This document shows, in pieces, positions 38,053 through 49,654 of a DNA stretch of 64,000 nucleotides (position 1 is the stretch's first letter; the number at the start of each line of letters is the position of its first letter). Under the pieces are notes generated by a model that worked only from the letters and a program-made list of their open reading frames with translations, was not told where the DNA came from and ran no database searches. The translations under genes and the position numbers were made by a program. Source of the DNA: Negativicutes bacterium (lineage in GTDB: Bacteria; Bacillota; Negativicutes; UBA1444); assembly GCA_963665275.2 (NCBI GenBank), contig CAXXIN010000007.1, positions 672,001 through 736,000 of the forward strand. Reading direction: 5' to 3'.

Positions 38053-38778
38053 TTACTTGCCGGCAGGTTTCCCGCTGGGTTTTGTTGGCGGCGACGCGGG
38101 TTTTTCATTCGTAGACGGAACAAAGAAGTTCTTGATTTGCTTCCAATCGCCATTCAAATTATCTTTAAGTACCGACAAATAGGTACGCTCAATCGTAAAT
38201 TCTCTGATATAAGTGTTCGCATCAATATATTTTTCATCTTTGATTAGGCGCCCCTCATCCTGGACATTAAATGCAAGGAGCATAAAGTACCCTTTGCGTT
38301 CTGCCGTCAGTTCCTTTTTTACTGCCACACCCATCGTGACCGGTGAGTTTTTTTCCACCAAATTGCGTGAAAGCTCATTTTGTGTAGCAAAAACAATTGC
38401 CTGGGAGGTAGAAATCAAGGAGTATATTTCCGGGAACATCTTCTGAAGATCTTTGATCTGGAATGGCATATCCGGAGTGAATCGCTGCATCCGGACGAAA
38501 GAACCCGGCTTGTCTCCTTCATATTTCACATCCATCCCAATTCCGATGTCGCTCCGTCGGAAATGGTAGGTATAGGTATCAGCCTGCGCCTTTTTATAAC
38601 CGCTTTTTTCCCACTGCTCCTTGGTCCAAGGTTGATTGTCGCTGTCGATTACCAGTCGATAGTCTCCGTAGGTCTGGGCTATGGTCTCCCTCGTATCATC
38701 CAGACTAGCAAAAACAGGTGCGGCTACCGCCAAAACACATAGCGTCATCATCATTACCATTAGTTTTTTCATTGTCAT
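38053..38778 (-). CDS. Hypothetical exported protein
   Basis: Sec signal peptide (MKKLMVMMMTLCVLAVAAPVFA), RBS GGGGG, Pro/Lys-rich tail; family not recognised. Confidence 0.75.
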   Translation of the reverse strand: MTMKKLMVMMMTLCVLAVAAPVFASLDDTRETIAQTYGDYRLVIDSDNQPWTKEQWEKSGYKKAQADTYTYHFRRSDIGIGMDVKYEGDKPGSFVRMQRFTPDMPFQIKDLQKMFPEIYSLISTSQAIVFATQNELSRNLVEKNSPVTMGVAVKKELTAERKGYFMLLAFNVQDEGRLIKDEKYIDANTYIREFTIERTYLSVLKDNLNGDWKQIKNFFVPSTNEKPASPPTKPSGKPAGK

Positions 38779-38874
38779 TCCCCCGTTTGCATTATCGATT
38801 CTTCACATAATGCCCATTTTCTTCTATTGTATCTTTTTTTGACCAAATACGCCATGAATCCTGCAAGAAAAAAA

Positions 38875-38905
38875 CAAAACCCGGAAAACTGTTTTCCGGG
38901 TTTTG
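38875..38905 (-). terminator. Terminator after rpsI
   Basis: CAAAACCCGGAAAAC-t-GTTTTCCGGGTTTTG, followed by a T-tract on the - strand. Confidence 0.85.
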
Positions 38906-38916
38906 AAAACGATAAA

Positions 38917-39315
38917 TTAACGCTTGGAGTACTGGGAAGCTTTACGTGCTTTCTTGAGACCGTATTTCCGACGCTCTTTTTCACGCGGATCACGAGTCAA
39001 GAACCCAGCTTTTTTCAGAGCCGGACGATACTCGCCATCCACCCGGAGCAATGCTCGAGCGATACCGTGCCGTACTGCGCCAGCCTGACCGGAGAATCCG
39101 CCGCCATCGACACGGGCCAGCACATCATACTTGGCCAGAGTTTCAGTCAGGTTCAACGGTTGTTTGATGATCAACTGGAGCGTCTGCAAGCCGAAGTATT
39201 CGTCAAATGCATGCCCATTAATCAGAATTTTACCTGTTCCTGGAGTTAAACGAACCCGTGCAGTGGAAGTCTTGCGTCGGCCCGTTGCGTAATATATAAT
39301 CGGGGTCTTTGCCAT
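38917..39315 (-). CDS. rpsI: 30S ribosomal protein S9
   Basis: TGRRKTS...[10 protein letters not shown]...[10 protein letters not shown]. Confidence 0.98.
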   Translation of the reverse strand: MAKTPIIYYATGRRKTSTARVRLTPGTGKILINGHAFDEYFGLQTLQLIIKQPLNLTETLAKYDVLARVDGGGFSGQAGAVRHGIARALLRVDGEYRPALKKAGFLTRDPREKERRKYGLKKARKASQYSKR

Positions 39316-39338
39316 CAACTGTTCCTCCTCATCAATCG

Positions 39339-39776
39339 CTATCGCACGTTAATCTCAAGTACTTCCGGTTGCTGCGCAGCATGAGGATGCTCCGCTCCGG
39401 CATAGACCTTGAGTTTGCGATAGGTATCTGCGCCGAGACGGTTCTTGGGCAACATGCCCTTGACGGCCATTTCCATGACCTTTTCAGGGCGTGATGCTAG
39501 AAGTTTACCGGCAACCGTGAATTTCCCGCCGCTTTGATATCCGGAGTGACGGAAATAAAGTTTTTGTGTAGCTTTTTTGCCTGTCAACACCACTTGGGAA
39601 GCATTGATGACGATCACGTGGTCACCAGTATCCATGTGCGGTGTGAAAATTGGCTTGTGCTTTCCGCGAAGCACTTTTGCAACTTCAGCGGCTACCCTGC
39701 CAAGTGCCTTTCCGGCGGCGTCGACAACGTACCATTTACGTTCCATTTCGGCTTCTTTTGCCATGAATGTATCCAT
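39339..39776 (-). CDS. rplM: 50S ribosomal protein L13
   Basis: WYVVDA...[12 protein letters not shown]...HPHAAQQP. Confidence 0.98.
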   Translation of the reverse strand: MDTFMAKEAEMERKWYVVDAAGKALGRVAAEVAKVLRGKHKPIFTPHMDTGDHVIVINASQVVLTGKKATQKLYFRHSGYQSGGKFTVAGKLLASRPEKVMEMAVKGMLPKNRLGADTYRKLKVYAGAEHPHAAQQPEVLEINVR

Positions 39777-39789
39777 CGGGGTTCCTCCT

Positions 39790-39860
39790 CGTTCAAAGCA
39801 TGTTAGGTCAATAGCGACATCAAAGCTCCGGGGCTAGTGGAAACTCTGACAAATCTCGCA
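39790..39860 (-). ncRNA. L13 leader (ribosomal protein autoregulatory RNA)
   Basis: CCACUAGCCCCGG core in the rplM 5' UTR; boundaries approximate. Confidence 0.6.
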
Positions 39861-39866
39861 TAGTTC

Positions 39867-39895
39867 ATTTTATTTGAAGTTCCATGTGTTGTCAA
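39867..39895 (-). promoter_or_regulatory. Sigma-A promoter of rplM-rpsI (within the 3' end of truA)
   Basis: TTGACA-N17-TAAAAT. Confidence 0.8.
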
Positions 39896-40655
39896 GGCTT
39901 TTATAGAAAACTTCCTTCAGGTACAGACCTGTCGCGGGTGCGGTGGCGCCAGCCAGCTTGCGGTCACAGGAAGAAAATATCTCCTGGAAATCCTCTAGAG
40001 ACTTTTTCCCGGCCCCTACATTGACCACGGTTCCAACAATATTTCGCACCATATGGTACAAAAACCCATTACCATGAACTTGGAATCCGAGCCTGTCATT
40101 CTGTCGGATGCAGGTTGCGGAATATAAAGTTCGTACTGGATTTTTAGCTGAACTGCCCGCCGACTGAAAGGCGCCGAAGTTGTGTTCCCCCACCAACAGT
40201 CCGAGCGCCTGATTCATTGCCTCAACATCCAACGGTCGGTCAAACTGCCAAACATAGTTGCGCAGAATCGGATCCGGACTGGTGGAGTTTAAAATCCGAT
40301 ATAGATACATTTTGCCACAGGCCGAAAACCTTGCATGAAACTCTTCCGGCATCTCCGTTGCATCCAGTACCGCAATGTCTTTGGGTAGCAGCCCTCGTGC
40401 GGCGGCTGGAATCCTGTCCGTGGGAATGGCCCCATTCGTCTTGATGGTTATTACCTGCCCATATGCATGCACCCCTGCGTCTGTGCGTGCTGCACCGGCA
40501 ACGATGACGGGTTCTCCCATGAGACTCGAAAGTCTTTCCTCCAAGACCTGCTGCACCGTCAGGGAATTCAACTGTCGTTGAAATCCGTGATATCCGCTAC
40601 CATCATAAGCCACTGTCAGTTTCAAATTGCGTCCGGTAAGTTTTTTATTGTTCAT
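39870..40655 (-). CDS. truA: tRNA pseudouridine(38-40) synthase
   Basis: YDGSGYHGFQRQ, RTDAGVHA, FHARF, GFLYHMVR; ATGA overlap with ecfT. Confidence 0.95.
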   Translation of the reverse strand: MNNKKLTGRNLKLTVAYDGSGYHGFQRQLNSLTVQQVLEERLSSLMGEPVIVAGAARTDAGVHAYGQVITIKTNGAIPTDRIPAAARGLLPKDIAVLDATEMPEEFHARFSACGKMYLYRILNSTSPDPILRNYVWQFDRPLDVEAMNQALGLLVGEHNFGAFQSAGSSAKNPVRTLYSATCIRQNDRLGFQVHGNGFLYHMVRNIVGTVVNVGAGKKSLEDFQEIFSSCDRKLAGATAPATGLYLKEVFYKSLDNTWNFK

Positions 40656-41449
40656 CCCCATCTCAACCATCCCAGAATTCCCACCATCACACCTATGCAA
40701 GCCACTGCGAGAATATCACGGACACCCAATTTAAGTTCCTTCATGCGTGTCCGATGTTCGCCGCCCCTGTAACAGCGCGCCTCCATCGCCGTAGCCAGGT
40801 CATCCGCCCTGCGAAAAGCGCTTATAAAGAGCGGCACGAGTAATGGCACCATGTTCCGACCACGTTTCAGTAAGTTGCCTGAGGAAAAGTCTGCCCCCCG
40901 GGCCATCTGTGCTTTCATGATTCGATCGGTCTCTTCCAGCAGCGTCGGTACAAACCGTAGAGCGATCGTCATCATCATTGCCAGCTCATGTACCGGAACC
41001 TTCAGGCGTTTTAGCGGTGAAAGCAAACGTTCGATAGCATCGGTTAAGGCAATCGGCGATGTGGTAAAGGTAAGGAGCGAAGACATTACTATCAAAAATA
41101 CGAGCCGGGCTGACATCTGTATTCCTTGGCGCAAACCCTCTTCGGTGATGCTGACAGGCCCGAACGATAACCAGGGAGTCCCGGGCGTCATGAACATGTG
41201 GATGCCTGCCGTCAACAAAAGAATGATCCATAACGGTTTAATTGAACGCAGGACTATCAATACGGGAATACCGGCAACAACTGTGACCAAACTCAAAAAC
41301 AGCCCTAATAGCAAATAGCCGTTATAACTATTCGCCAAAAAAATACTGGATACAAAAATAAGGGTCAGTATGATTTTGCTGCGCGGATCCAGTTTATGAA
41401 CAAAAGAATTTCCCGGGAAATATTGTCCCAACATAATATCTGTCAGCAT
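40652..41449 (-). CDS. ecfT: ECF transporter transmembrane component T
   Basis: LDPRSK, ALRFVP, AQMARG, AMEARCY. Confidence 0.95.
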   Translation of the reverse strand: MLTDIMLGQYFPGNSFVHKLDPRSKIILTLIFVSSIFLANSYNGYLLLGLFLSLVTVVAGIPVLIVLRSIKPLWIILLLTAGIHMFMTPGTPWLSFGPVSITEEGLRQGIQMSARLVFLIVMSSLLTFTTSPIALTDAIERLLSPLKRLKVPVHELAMMMTIALRFVPTLLEETDRIMKAQMARGADFSSGNLLKRGRNMVPLLVPLFISAFRRADDLATAMEARCYRGGEHRTRMKELKLGVRDILAVACIGVMVGILGWLRWG

Positions 41450-42315
41450 GGGCCAATCCTCTTCTGGCGGAGAGCCACTTCTATCGCTCCAGCAACCTCT
41501 CTTGGATCCAATAGCGTGTCATCAACATTCAATCCCCTGGCTCTGAGGGTCCTAATCAGGGAGGTCACGCTGGGCAGGCTGATGCCGAATTCATGCAATG
41601 GAATTGTCTCATCTCGAAACAAATCAATGGGTTTTCCGTCAAATTCAATTCGCCCCCGGTTCATTACGAGCAGACGTTTGGCCAGCCTGGCGACGTCTTC
41701 CATATTATGCGTAACTAAAACTACAGCCATCCCGCTGCTGTGATATAGCTGCAATATCTGTTCGAATATTTCATCTCTACCTCTCGGATCAAGCCCGGCT
41801 GAGGGTTCGTCCAGAACCAGATACTCCGGTTGGAGCGCAATCACGCCGGCAATCGCTACTCGGCGCATCTGTCCGCCGCTAAGTCGAAATGGTGACCGGG
41901 TTGCATAGTCGGAAGCCGGCAATCCTACGCGCTCGAGCGCTGATTCCACCCGTTGCGACACCTCATCCGCGTCCAAGCCCAAATTTCGCGGCCCAAACGC
42001 TACATCATCGAAGACGCTTTCTTCAAACAACTGGTGTTCGGGATATTGGAACACCATTCCCACGCGTTGGCGCACCCGTTTCTTTTCGGCCCCTTTGGCA
42101 TGCAGATCATTGCCGTCAACTTGGACAACGCCTTTGGTCGGCCGCAATAACCCATTAAGATGTTGCACTAATGTGGACTTTCCTGATCCGGTATGGCCAA
42201 TAATACCAATGAATTCGCCAGGCTCAATGATCAGGTCAATTCCTCGCAATGCGTCGCGAGAATAAGGAGTTCCCGGCATATATGTGTAGGAGACCCCACT
42301 CAAAGCTATGGACAT
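41443..42315 (-). CDS. ecfA2: ECF transporter ATPase A2
   Basis: GHTGSGKST, FQYPEHQLF, LSGGQMRR. Confidence 0.94.
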   Translation of the reverse strand: MSIALSGVSYTYMPGTPYSRDALRGIDLIIEPGEFIGIIGHTGSGKSTLVQHLNGLLRPTKGVVQVDGNDLHAKGAEKKRVRQRVGMVFQYPEHQLFEESVFDDVAFGPRNLGLDADEVSQRVESALERVGLPASDYATRSPFRLSGGQMRRVAIAGVIALQPEYLVLDEPSAGLDPRGRDEIFEQILQLYHSSGMAVVLVTHNMEDVARLAKRLLVMNRGRIEFDGKPIDLFRDETIPLHEFGISLPSVTSLIRTLRARGLNVDDTLLDPREVAGAIEVALRQKRIGPC

Positions 42316-43145
42316 AGCGCAGCCGCCAACCCTTCATCAGTTATGATTCCTTCGGGAAGCACCCTTCCGCCAGACCGAAGCCGCGCCGCTATGTCAGCCG
42401 CGATCGGAACATCAAGCCCCAACGCGCGGATCTCTTCCACGCGATTGAAAACCACTTCCGGCGGCCCATCAAGCAGTATATGTCCGTCATCCATCACTAC
42501 GACCCGTCCGGCCGCTACTGCCTCTTCCATAAAATGAGTAATGTAAACAACGGTAATCCCCTCTTCACGGTGCAGTCGGCAGACAGACTCCAATACTTCC
42601 TCACGACCAACGGGATCCAACATCGCGGTTGGTTCATCCAGCACAAGGCAGCGGGGATGCATCGCCAAAACTCCTGCAATCGCCACGCGCTGTTTTTGAC
42701 CCCCAGACAATAGGTGCGGACCATGCAAGCGATAATCCGTCATCCCAACAAGGCGCAGAGATTCCTCCACTCGTTTTACTATTTCAGCCGGAGGCAGGCC
42801 GAGGTTCTCCGGACCAAAGGCAACATCTTCCTCCACAATGGAGGCCACAATCTGATTGTCAGGATTCTGAAATACCATGCCAACCATTTGTCGGATATCC
42901 CAAAGGTGCGAGACTACCCTCGTATCCATACCGGCAACAATGCAAGCTCCGCCGCTGGGAACCAGCAAGGCGTTCAAATGTTTTGCCAGGGTTGATTTAC
43001 CGGATCCGTTGCGACCGATAACCGCCACAAACTCGCCAGCGTCGATTTTAAGGTTAACATGATCGAGCGCCATCAGTTCTTCGCCGTTTTCATTGCAGTA
43101 TGAGTGACATAAATCCTGTGCCAACAGCATTATATTCCTATCCAC
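42306..43145 (-). CDS. ecfA1: ECF transporter ATPase A1
   Basis: GRNGSGKST, FQNPDNQ, LSGGQKQR; start uncertain (GTG 43145 chosen). Confidence 0.93.
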   Translation of the reverse strand: MDRNIMLLAQDLCHSYCNENGEELMALDHVNLKIDAGEFVAVIGRNGSGKSTLAKHLNALLVPSGGACIVAGMDTRVVSHLWDIRQMVGMVFQNPDNQIVASIVEEDVAFGPENLGLPPAEIVKRVEESLRLVGMTDYRLHGPHLLSGGQKQRVAIAGVLAMHPRCLVLDEPTAMLDPVGREEVLESVCRLHREEGITVVYITHFMEEAVAAGRVVVMDDGHILLDGPPEVVFNRVEEIRALGLDVPIAADIAARLRSGGRVLPEGIITDEGLAAALCP

Positions 43146-43254
43146 GCATCCTTCCCAAGAATCAATGAAAAGACTTGGCTCGTACCATGCCTTTTGGAGG
43201 TTGGAGGAAGCCCCAAGTTTATTTCGACTGATCGGCATGAATTATACTGAACGG

Positions 43255-43290
43255 ATAAAAAAAGAAAGGCGACCTTTGCGGCCGCCCTAA
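43255..43290 (-). terminator. Terminator after rplQ
   Basis: - strand GGGCGGCC-gcaaa-GGTCGCCT followed by TTCTTTTTT. Confidence 0.7.
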
Positions 43291-43297
43291 AGGCTTT

Positions 43298-43636
43298 TTA
43301 AACCAGTTCCAGTATCGCCATCAGCGCCGCGTCACCTTGGCGGGGCCCCAATTTCAGAACCCGGGTATATCCGCCCTGACGTTCTTTGTACTTCGGTCCA
43401 ATCGTATCAAACAATTTACGGACGACCTCTTCACTAGTCATAAATGCCAGAGCCTGCCGCCGCGCATGCAGGTCGCCCCGCTTCGCCAACGTAATCATCT
43501 GATCAGCTAGGCCGCTGACTTCTTTTGCTTTTGCTTCCGTTGTCTCAATTCGTTCTTTATCAAATAGAGCTGTAACAACGTCGCGCAGCATCGCCTTGCG
43601 GGCGCTTGAATCACGTCCAAATTTTCTGTAAGCCAT
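43298..43636 (-). CDS. rplQ: 50S ribosomal protein L17
   Basis: [11 protein letters not shown]...GGYTRVLK. Confidence 0.98.
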   Translation of the reverse strand: MAYRKFGRDSSARKAMLRDVVTALFDKERIETTEAKAKEVSGLADQMITLAKRGDLHARRQALAFMTSEEVVRKLFDTIGPKYKERQGGYTRVLKLGPRQGDAALMAILELV

Positions 43637-43652
43637 TCTCCACCCTCCTTAT

Positions 43653-44582
43653 TCAGTCCTCTTCTTCTCGCATGGCTACGCCAATATCAATCAATTTTTT
43701 CTTAACTTCATCCAAAGATTTCCGTCCAAGGTTTCTGACCTTCATCATTTCGTCTTCCGACTTCTGCGCTAGGTCTGACACGAAGTTAATACCGGCGCGC
43801 TTGAGACAATTATAAGAACGAACGGACAAATCCAGTTCCTCAATAGTCATTTCACCGGGATTTTTGTTCCCGACCGGGCTTTCAGGTATCCCAACGCCTG
43901 GCAATTCACCGCTAAGCCGGAAAATCGAGAGAGACTCCTGCAATATTTCCGCCGCATTACCCAACGCCTCATCCGGTCGGATGCTGCCATCTGTCCAGAT
44001 TTCCAACGTCAACTTGTCATAATCGGTGCGATTGCCAACCCGCGTGTCTTCGACCATGAAGTTTACCTTCAACACCGGCGAGAAAATCGAATCCACGGGA
44101 ATAATGCCAATCACATGATCTGCTTTTTTGTTTTTATCCGCTGAGATATATCCTTTTCCCTGCTCTACCGTCATTTCCATACGAAGAGCAAAGCCTTCCT
44201 CTACTGTCGCCAGATGAAGATCAGGATTGAGAATATCCAGATCTGAACTAACTTCAATATCACCAGCAGTAATTTCGCCGCCTCCTTCGAAATCAATGCG
44301 CATTGTATGAACATCGCTCGAATGAGATTTCAGACAAAGTTCCTTCAGGTTGAGGATAATATCTGTCACGTCTTCGCGAACTCCTGGAACAGTGGCAAAC
44401 TCATGCAGCACGCCGTCAATTTTTACCGACGTTACGGCCGAGCCTTCCAACGACGATAACAATACCCGCCTCAGGCTATTACCGAGTGTAGTGCCATATC
44501 CACGCTCCAACGGTTCGCACACGAACTTGCCGTAACGGTAATCCGCGCTTAACTCGACTGTCTCAAGTTTGGTTTCATTCAT
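43653..44582 (-). CDS. rpoA: RNA polymerase alpha subunit
   Basis: [22 protein letters not shown]; [13 protein letters not shown]. Confidence 0.98.
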   Translation of the reverse strand: MNETKLETVELSADYRYGKFVCEPLERGYGTTLGNSLRRVLLSSLEGSAVTSVKIDGVLHEFATVPGVREDVTDIILNLKELCLKSHSSDVHTMRIDFEGGGEITAGDIEVSSDLDILNPDLHLATVEEGFALRMEMTVEQGKGYISADKNKKADHVIGIIPVDSIFSPVLKVNFMVEDTRVGNRTDYDKLTLEIWTDGSIRPDEALGNAAEILQESLSIFRLSGELPGVGIPESPVGNKNPGEMTIEELDLSVRSYNCLKRAGINFVSDLAQKSEDEMMKVRNLGRKSLDEVKKKLIDIGVAMREEED

Positions 44583-44640
44583 CCTTCAAAAGCCCCCTCT
44601 CTGCGCAAGCTATCAGTGAATCATCAGCTGAGGGTGGTCG

Positions 44641-45273
44641 TTACCGCGAGTACAACTCAACGATGAGATGTTCCTGAATGGAAACATCCATTTCTTCACG
44701 GCTTGGATAACGAACAACGGTCCCGCTCATTTCATTGACAGTGACTGTCAACCAGACAGGAATGGTTTTATGTGCCAACTCCTGGGCGATTCCCTGCAGC
44801 AAGGGAGACTCCTTGCTCTTTTCGCATACTTTGATTACTTCGCCGCTTCGGACCAAGTAGGAAGGAATATCAACACGATGTCCGCCTACTTCAAAATGTC
44901 CATGCATTACAAGCTGACGAGCCTGCGTACGACTGGAGGCAAAGCCCATGCGGTAAACGAGATTGTCGAGACGACGCTCAAGCAATACCAGCAGGTTTTC
45001 GCCGGTAATTCCCTTTTGGCGTTCGGCTTTTTCAAAATAGTTGCGGAACTGGCGCTCCAAAACTCCATAAATACGACGAGCTTTTTGTTTTTCACGCAAT
45101 TGCAGTCCGTATTCGGAAACCTTCTTGCGGCCCTGGCCGGCGCCATGCTGACCTGGAGCATAGCCACGACGGGAAAATGCGCATTTGTCGCTATAGCAGC
45201 GCTCGCCTTTCAAAAACAACTTGACGCCTTCGCGGCGGCATTGCCGGCAAACCGGACCTGTATATTTCGCCAT
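44641..45273 (-). CDS. rpsD: 30S ribosomal protein S4 (Cys/zinc type)
   Basis: CRQCRREG...LERRLDN...IVELYSR. Confidence 0.98.
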   Translation of the reverse strand: MAKYTGPVCRQCRREGVKLFLKGERCYSDKCAFSRRGYAPGQHGAGQGRKKVSEYGLQLREKQKARRIYGVLERQFRNYFEKAERQKGITGENLLVLLERRLDNLVYRMGFASSRTQARQLVMHGHFEVGGHRVDIPSYLVRSGEVIKVCEKSKESPLLQGIAQELAHKTIPVWLTVTVNEMSGTVVRYPSREEMDVSIQEHLIVELYSR

Positions 45274-45298
45274 TGATTTTCAACTCCTCCCGAAATGA

Positions 45299-45691
45299 CT
45301 ATACTCTTCTGCGCTTTGGCGGCCTGCAGCCATTATGGGGGATAGGAGTGACATCTTTGATCATGTTCACTTCAAGTCCCGCAGCCTGCAAGGAACGGAT
45401 TGCCGCTTCACGGCCCGCTCCGGGTCCTTTGACGAATACTTCAACTTGTTTCATTCCATGATCCATCGCTGCTTTGGCAGCGGTTTCCGCCGCCATCTGT
45501 GCTGCGAAAGGAGTGCTTTTCCGAGAGCCTTTGAAGCCCTGAATACCAGCACTCGACCAGGAAATGGCGTTGCCACGGACATCGGTAATCGTTACCAGTG
45601 TATTATTAAAGGTGGAACGAATATGCGCCACGCCCGTCTCAATGTTTTTGCGTTCCCGTTTTTTGGGTCTGGCAGCTTTCTTGGTAGCCAA
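45299..45691 (-). CDS. rpsK: 30S ribosomal protein S11
   Basis: STFNNT...[18 protein letters not shown]. Confidence 0.98.
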   Translation of the reverse strand: MATKKAARPKKRERKNIETGVAHIRSTFNNTLVTITDVRGNAISWSSAGIQGFKGSRKSTPFAAQMAAETAAKAAMDHGMKQVEVFVKGPGAGREAAIRSLQAAGLEVNMIKDVTPIPHNGCRPPKRRRV

Positions 45692-45708
45692 TCCTCAATC
45701 CCTCCCTT

Positions 45709-46083
45709 TTACGCTTTGCTGCGCTTCGCGCCGACCGTTTTGCGGGGGCCTTTGCGAGTTCGAGCGTTTGTTTTTGTTCTTTGTCCACGCACAGGCAGTC
45801 CCTGGCGGTGGCGACGTCCGCGGTAAGACCCAATCTCAATCAGCCGCTTGATATTGAGTGATTCTTCACGGCGTAGGTCCCCTTCAACCTTGTAGCCCTT
45901 GTCGATCGCTTCACGAAGTTTTGCAATTTCTTCCTCCGTAAGATCACGCACCCGGGTGTCCGGGCTAACACCGGTTGTCTTGAGGATTTCCTGGGACAGT
46001 GTGAGTCCTATCCCATAAATGTATGTCAAAGCAATTTCAACTCGTTTGTCACGCGGTAAATCCACACTAGCAATACGTGCCAT
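45709..46083 (-). CDS. rpsM: 30S ribosomal protein S13
   Basis: ALTYIYGIG...[18 protein letters not shown]. Confidence 0.98.
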   Translation of the reverse strand: MARIASVDLPRDKRVEIALTYIYGIGLTLSQEILKTTGVSPDTRVRDLTEEEIAKLREAIDKGYKVEGDLRREESLNIKRLIEIGSYRGRRHRQGLPVRGQRTKTNARTRKGPRKTVGAKRSKA

Positions 46084-46101
46084 GGTTAATCATACACCCC
46101 C

Positions 46102-46480
<379 letters not shown>

Positions 46481-46524
46481 GCGATCCCTCCTCGTCCGCT
46501 AACGACAACTTGTATGGGCACCGG

Positions 46525-47271
46525 CTATGGAAGAGTCAAAATTAACGGTTCTCCGTCCGTGACAGCCACTGTGTGCTCAAAATGAGCCGAGACTTTTCCG
46601 TCGGTCGTTACAACCGTCCAATCATCTGCTAAAACTTCAACATCAGGAGTTCCTAAATTAATCATCGGTTCTATAGCCAATGTCATTCCGTTTTTTAACA
46701 AAGGACCCCGACCCGGTGGCCCATAATTGGGGATCTGTGGATCTTCATGCATCCTTTGCCCGATGCCGTGCCCCACGTAATCACGAACCACGCCGTACCC
46801 GTGCGACTCGGCATGAAGTTGAACAGCATGAGAAATATCGGATAGGCGATTTCCCTTGATAGCCTGTTCAATCCCTTTGTTCAGCGCCTGCTCTGTGACT
46901 GACAGTAGCTTCAGAAGGTCAGCGTCCACTTCTCCCACTGGAACACTAATGGCCGCGTCGCCATAATAGCGGTTCAGCTTCGTCCCAACATCCAAGCTGA
47001 TGACATCACCGTTTTTCAGTTGCCGGGAACAGGGGATACCATGCACGACCTGCTCATTGATAGAAGTACAGATGTTGGCCGGAAATCCGCCATACCCTTT
47101 AAACGCTGGAATGGCTCCGGCGTGACGGATATATTGATCGGCAAGGCGGTCAAGCTCGAGGGTTGTAACGCCCGGAGCTATAGCTTTTTTCAGTTCAAGC
47201 AGCGTCTGTCCAACAATTTTTCCGGCATCTCGCATATATTCGATTTCACGGTCCGTTTTTAAAACAATCAT
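46525..47271 (-). CDS. map: Methionine aminopeptidase, type I
   Basis: VVHGIP, GHGIG..MHEDP, AIEPM, SAHFEHT. Confidence 0.97.
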   Translation of the reverse strand: MIVLKTDREIEYMRDAGKIVGQTLLELKKAIAPGVTTLELDRLADQYIRHAGAIPAFKGYGGFPANICTSINEQVVHGIPCSRQLKNGDVISLDVGTKLNRYYGDAAISVPVGEVDADLLKLLSVTEQALNKGIEQAIKGNRLSDISHAVQLHAESHGYGVVRDYVGHGIGQRMHEDPQIPNYGPPGRGPLLKNGMTLAIEPMINLGTPDVEVLADDWTVVTTDGKVSAHFEHTVAVTDGEPLILTLP

Positions 47272-47921
47272 GGTTCTTCGCCTGTCAAGCTTACGATAAT
47301 GTCGCGGAATACTGCGTCCGCCGACTGCCCGCCCATGATTTCAGTGTATAGATCCCGATCCAGATAATATTGTATCAGGGGCTGCGTTTGACGCCGGTAG
47401 ACTTCCAAACGCTCTCGCACTGTCTCTTCGCGATCATCGTCCCTTTGATATAGCTCGCCGCCGCATCGATCACAAATACCAGGCTTTACGGGAGGCCTGA
47501 ATTCCATATGGTAAGTAGACCCGCAGGATTGACAAATCCGACGGCCGGTAAGCCGGGGGATGAGTTCCTGGTCAGCCACGACTATATTGATGACCCGATT
47601 CAAACGAATCCCCATTTTCGCCAACATTTGATCCAACGCATGAGCCTGTTGAAGAGTGCGGGGAAATCCGTCCAGAATAAAGCCGCCAATACAGTCTGAT
47701 TTGGCCAATCGTTCACGAGTAATACCGACAGTTACCTGGTCTGGGACCAAAGCACCCACGTCCATATAACGTTTTGCTTCCAATCCTAGTGGCGTTCTTT
47801 CCTGAAGTGCTCCACGAAATATATCCCCCGTAGAAACGTGAGGAATATCATAGCGTTCAACTAGCTTAGCCGCCTGAGTTCCTTTACCGGCACCGGGCGG
47901 CCCCATCAATAAGAGATACAC
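47268..47921 (-). CDS. adk: Adenylate kinase
   Basis: GPPGAGKGTQ, LDGFPRT, zinc lid CxxC...CxxC. Confidence 0.98.
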   Translation of the reverse strand: MYLLLMGPPGAGKGTQAAKLVERYDIPHVSTGDIFRGALQERTPLGLEAKRYMDVGALVPDQVTVGITRERLAKSDCIGGFILDGFPRTLQQAHALDQMLAKMGIRLNRVINIVVADQELIPRLTGRRICQSCGSTYHMEFRPPVKPGICDRCGGELYQRDDDREETVRERLEVYRRQTQPLIQYYLDRDLYTEIMGGQSADAVFRDIIVSLTGEEP

Positions 47922-47935
47922 AAGCCGTCATCCCC

Positions 47936-49192
47936 TTACTTCATGAAGCCCTGGTAATGCCGCATCAAAATCAGCGACTCGATTTGTTTCATTGTATCCA
48001 GAGCAACACCTACAACAATCAACAATGCTGTTCCGCCAAAGTACACCCCTTCAATCCGTGTCACCACTGCGACGAAGTTCGGCAATATGGCAATCAGAGC
48101 CAGGAAGAGAGACCCTGCGAGCGTAATACGAGTCACAATCCGATCCAGATAATCTGCAGTCGGTTTTCCCGGGCGCAGTCCTGGAATGAATCCGCCATAC
48201 TTTTTCATATTGTCCGCCATGTCAGGGATATTCATCGTAATGGCAGTATAGAAATAAGTGAAGAAGACAATCATAACCGCATATAGAATTGTCTGCAGCG
48301 GGGTTCCCCAGTCAAACCAGTGCGCCACCGTCTTAACCCAGCCAACGTCGACAAACTGTCCAATTGTCACCGGGAACATCAGAACGGATGATGCGAAGAT
48401 GATGGGAATAACCCCCGCTTGATTAACGCGCAGTGGAATGTGTGTGGAGTGTCCTCCGTACATCTTGCGGCCAACCAAACGTTTGGCATATTGCACCGGA
48501 ACCTTCCGATGACCTTGAGATATCGCAATAACAAAAACAATCATCGCAATGGCGATAATTACAAATAATATCACGTTAAAGATGCTGATGGTACCCGCTT
48601 TTAAATATTCGAAAATCACGAAAAGACCATCAGGGAGTCTGGATACAATACCTGCAAAGATGATCAGAGAAATTCCATTACCGATGCCCTTCTCGGTGAT
48701 CTGTTCGCCGAGCCACATGAGGAACACGGTGCCAGCCGTCAAGGTAAGCGCAATCAGCAGAATCGATGCAATGCTGGGATTGTAGATCGCATGCTTCAAG
48801 CCAAAAGCCATCCCAAGCGCCTGGACGAAACCCAATACCACCGTACCATAACGAGTTATCTGAGTTATCTTTTTCCGGCCTTCTTCGCCCTCTTTCGACC
48901 ATTGCTCAAATTGAGGAACCACAACCGTCAATAGCTGCATGATAATCGATGCATTAATGTAAGGCGTGATACTCATGGCAAAGATCGAGAATTTACTGAG
49001 AGCTCCACCTGAAAACAAATCCAACAGACCTAGCAAATTCCCCTGATTGAACATCTGTTCAATCACTGCAGCATTTACTCCGGGGACCGGAATGTGAATG
49101 CCTGCGCGGAAAACGACAAACATTGCCAGCGTAAATACGACTTTGTTACGCAGTTCAGGAATTCTGAGCACATTGGCCAAAGCCGCCAGCAC
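47936..49192 (-). CDS. secY: Preprotein translocase SecY
   Basis: ITPYINASII, GIGNGISLII, IPGLRPG, FGGTALLI. Confidence 0.98.
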   Translation of the reverse strand: MLAALANVLRIPELRNKVVFTLAMFVVFRAGIHIPVPGVNAAVIEQMFNQGNLLGLLDLFSGGALSKFSIFAMSITPYINASIIMQLLTVVVPQFEQWSKEGEEGRKKITQITRYGTVVLGFVQALGMAFGLKHAIYNPSIASILLIALTLTAGTVFLMWLGEQITEKGIGNGISLIIFAGIVSRLPDGLFVIFEYLKAGTISIFNVILFVIIAIAMIVFVIAISQGHRKVPVQYAKRLVGRKMYGGHSTHIPLRVNQAGVIPIIFASSVLMFPVTIGQFVDVGWVKTVAHWFDWGTPLQTILYAVMIVFFTYFYTAITMNIPDMADNMKKYGGFIPGLRPGKPTADYLDRIVTRITLAGSLFLALIAILPNFVAVVTRIEGVYFGGTALLIVVGVALDTMKQIESLILMRHYQGFMK

Positions 49193-49633
49193 TTAGACCA
49201 CCTCGACTTTTCCACCGGCTGCTTCTATCTTGGCAACTGCAGCCTTGGTAAAACCATTTGCCCGTACTGTCAACGCCTTGTCCAGCTCGCCATTACCAAG
49301 AACCCGTAATCCATCGTTCACTTTTTTAATGATTCCTGCTTCAATAAGTGTTACCAAATCAACAACTTCACCGGCTTCAAAGCCATTCAATGAAGAAATG
49401 TTGACTTCCGTAAAGGTCAGGGCAAACTTATTATAGAAGCCCCTTTTGGGAAGTCTAAGATATAACGGTTTCTGTCCGCCTTCAAAACCAGGCCGCTTTT
49501 TGCCACCAGCGCGGGATCCTTGTCCTTTATGTCCGCGACCCGATGTTTTTCCCAAACCGGAACCCAGTCCACGACCGACTCGGGTTCTGGTTGTTTTGCT
49601 TCCTGGTGCGGGAGACAATTCATGCAACTTCAT
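49193..49633 (-). CDS. rplO: 50S ribosomal protein L15
   Basis: RVGRG.GSG.GKT, FEGGQ.PL, PKRGF. Confidence 0.98.
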   Translation of the reverse strand: MKLHELSPAPGSKTTRTRVGRGLGSGLGKTSGRGHKGQGSRAGGKKRPGFEGGQKPLYLRLPKRGFYNKFALTFTEVNISSLNGFEAGEVVDLVTLIEAGIIKKVNDGLRVLGNGELDKALTVRANGFTKAAVAKIEAAGGKVEVV

Positions 49634-49654
49634 CGCTTGCGCCTCCTCGTCCTA

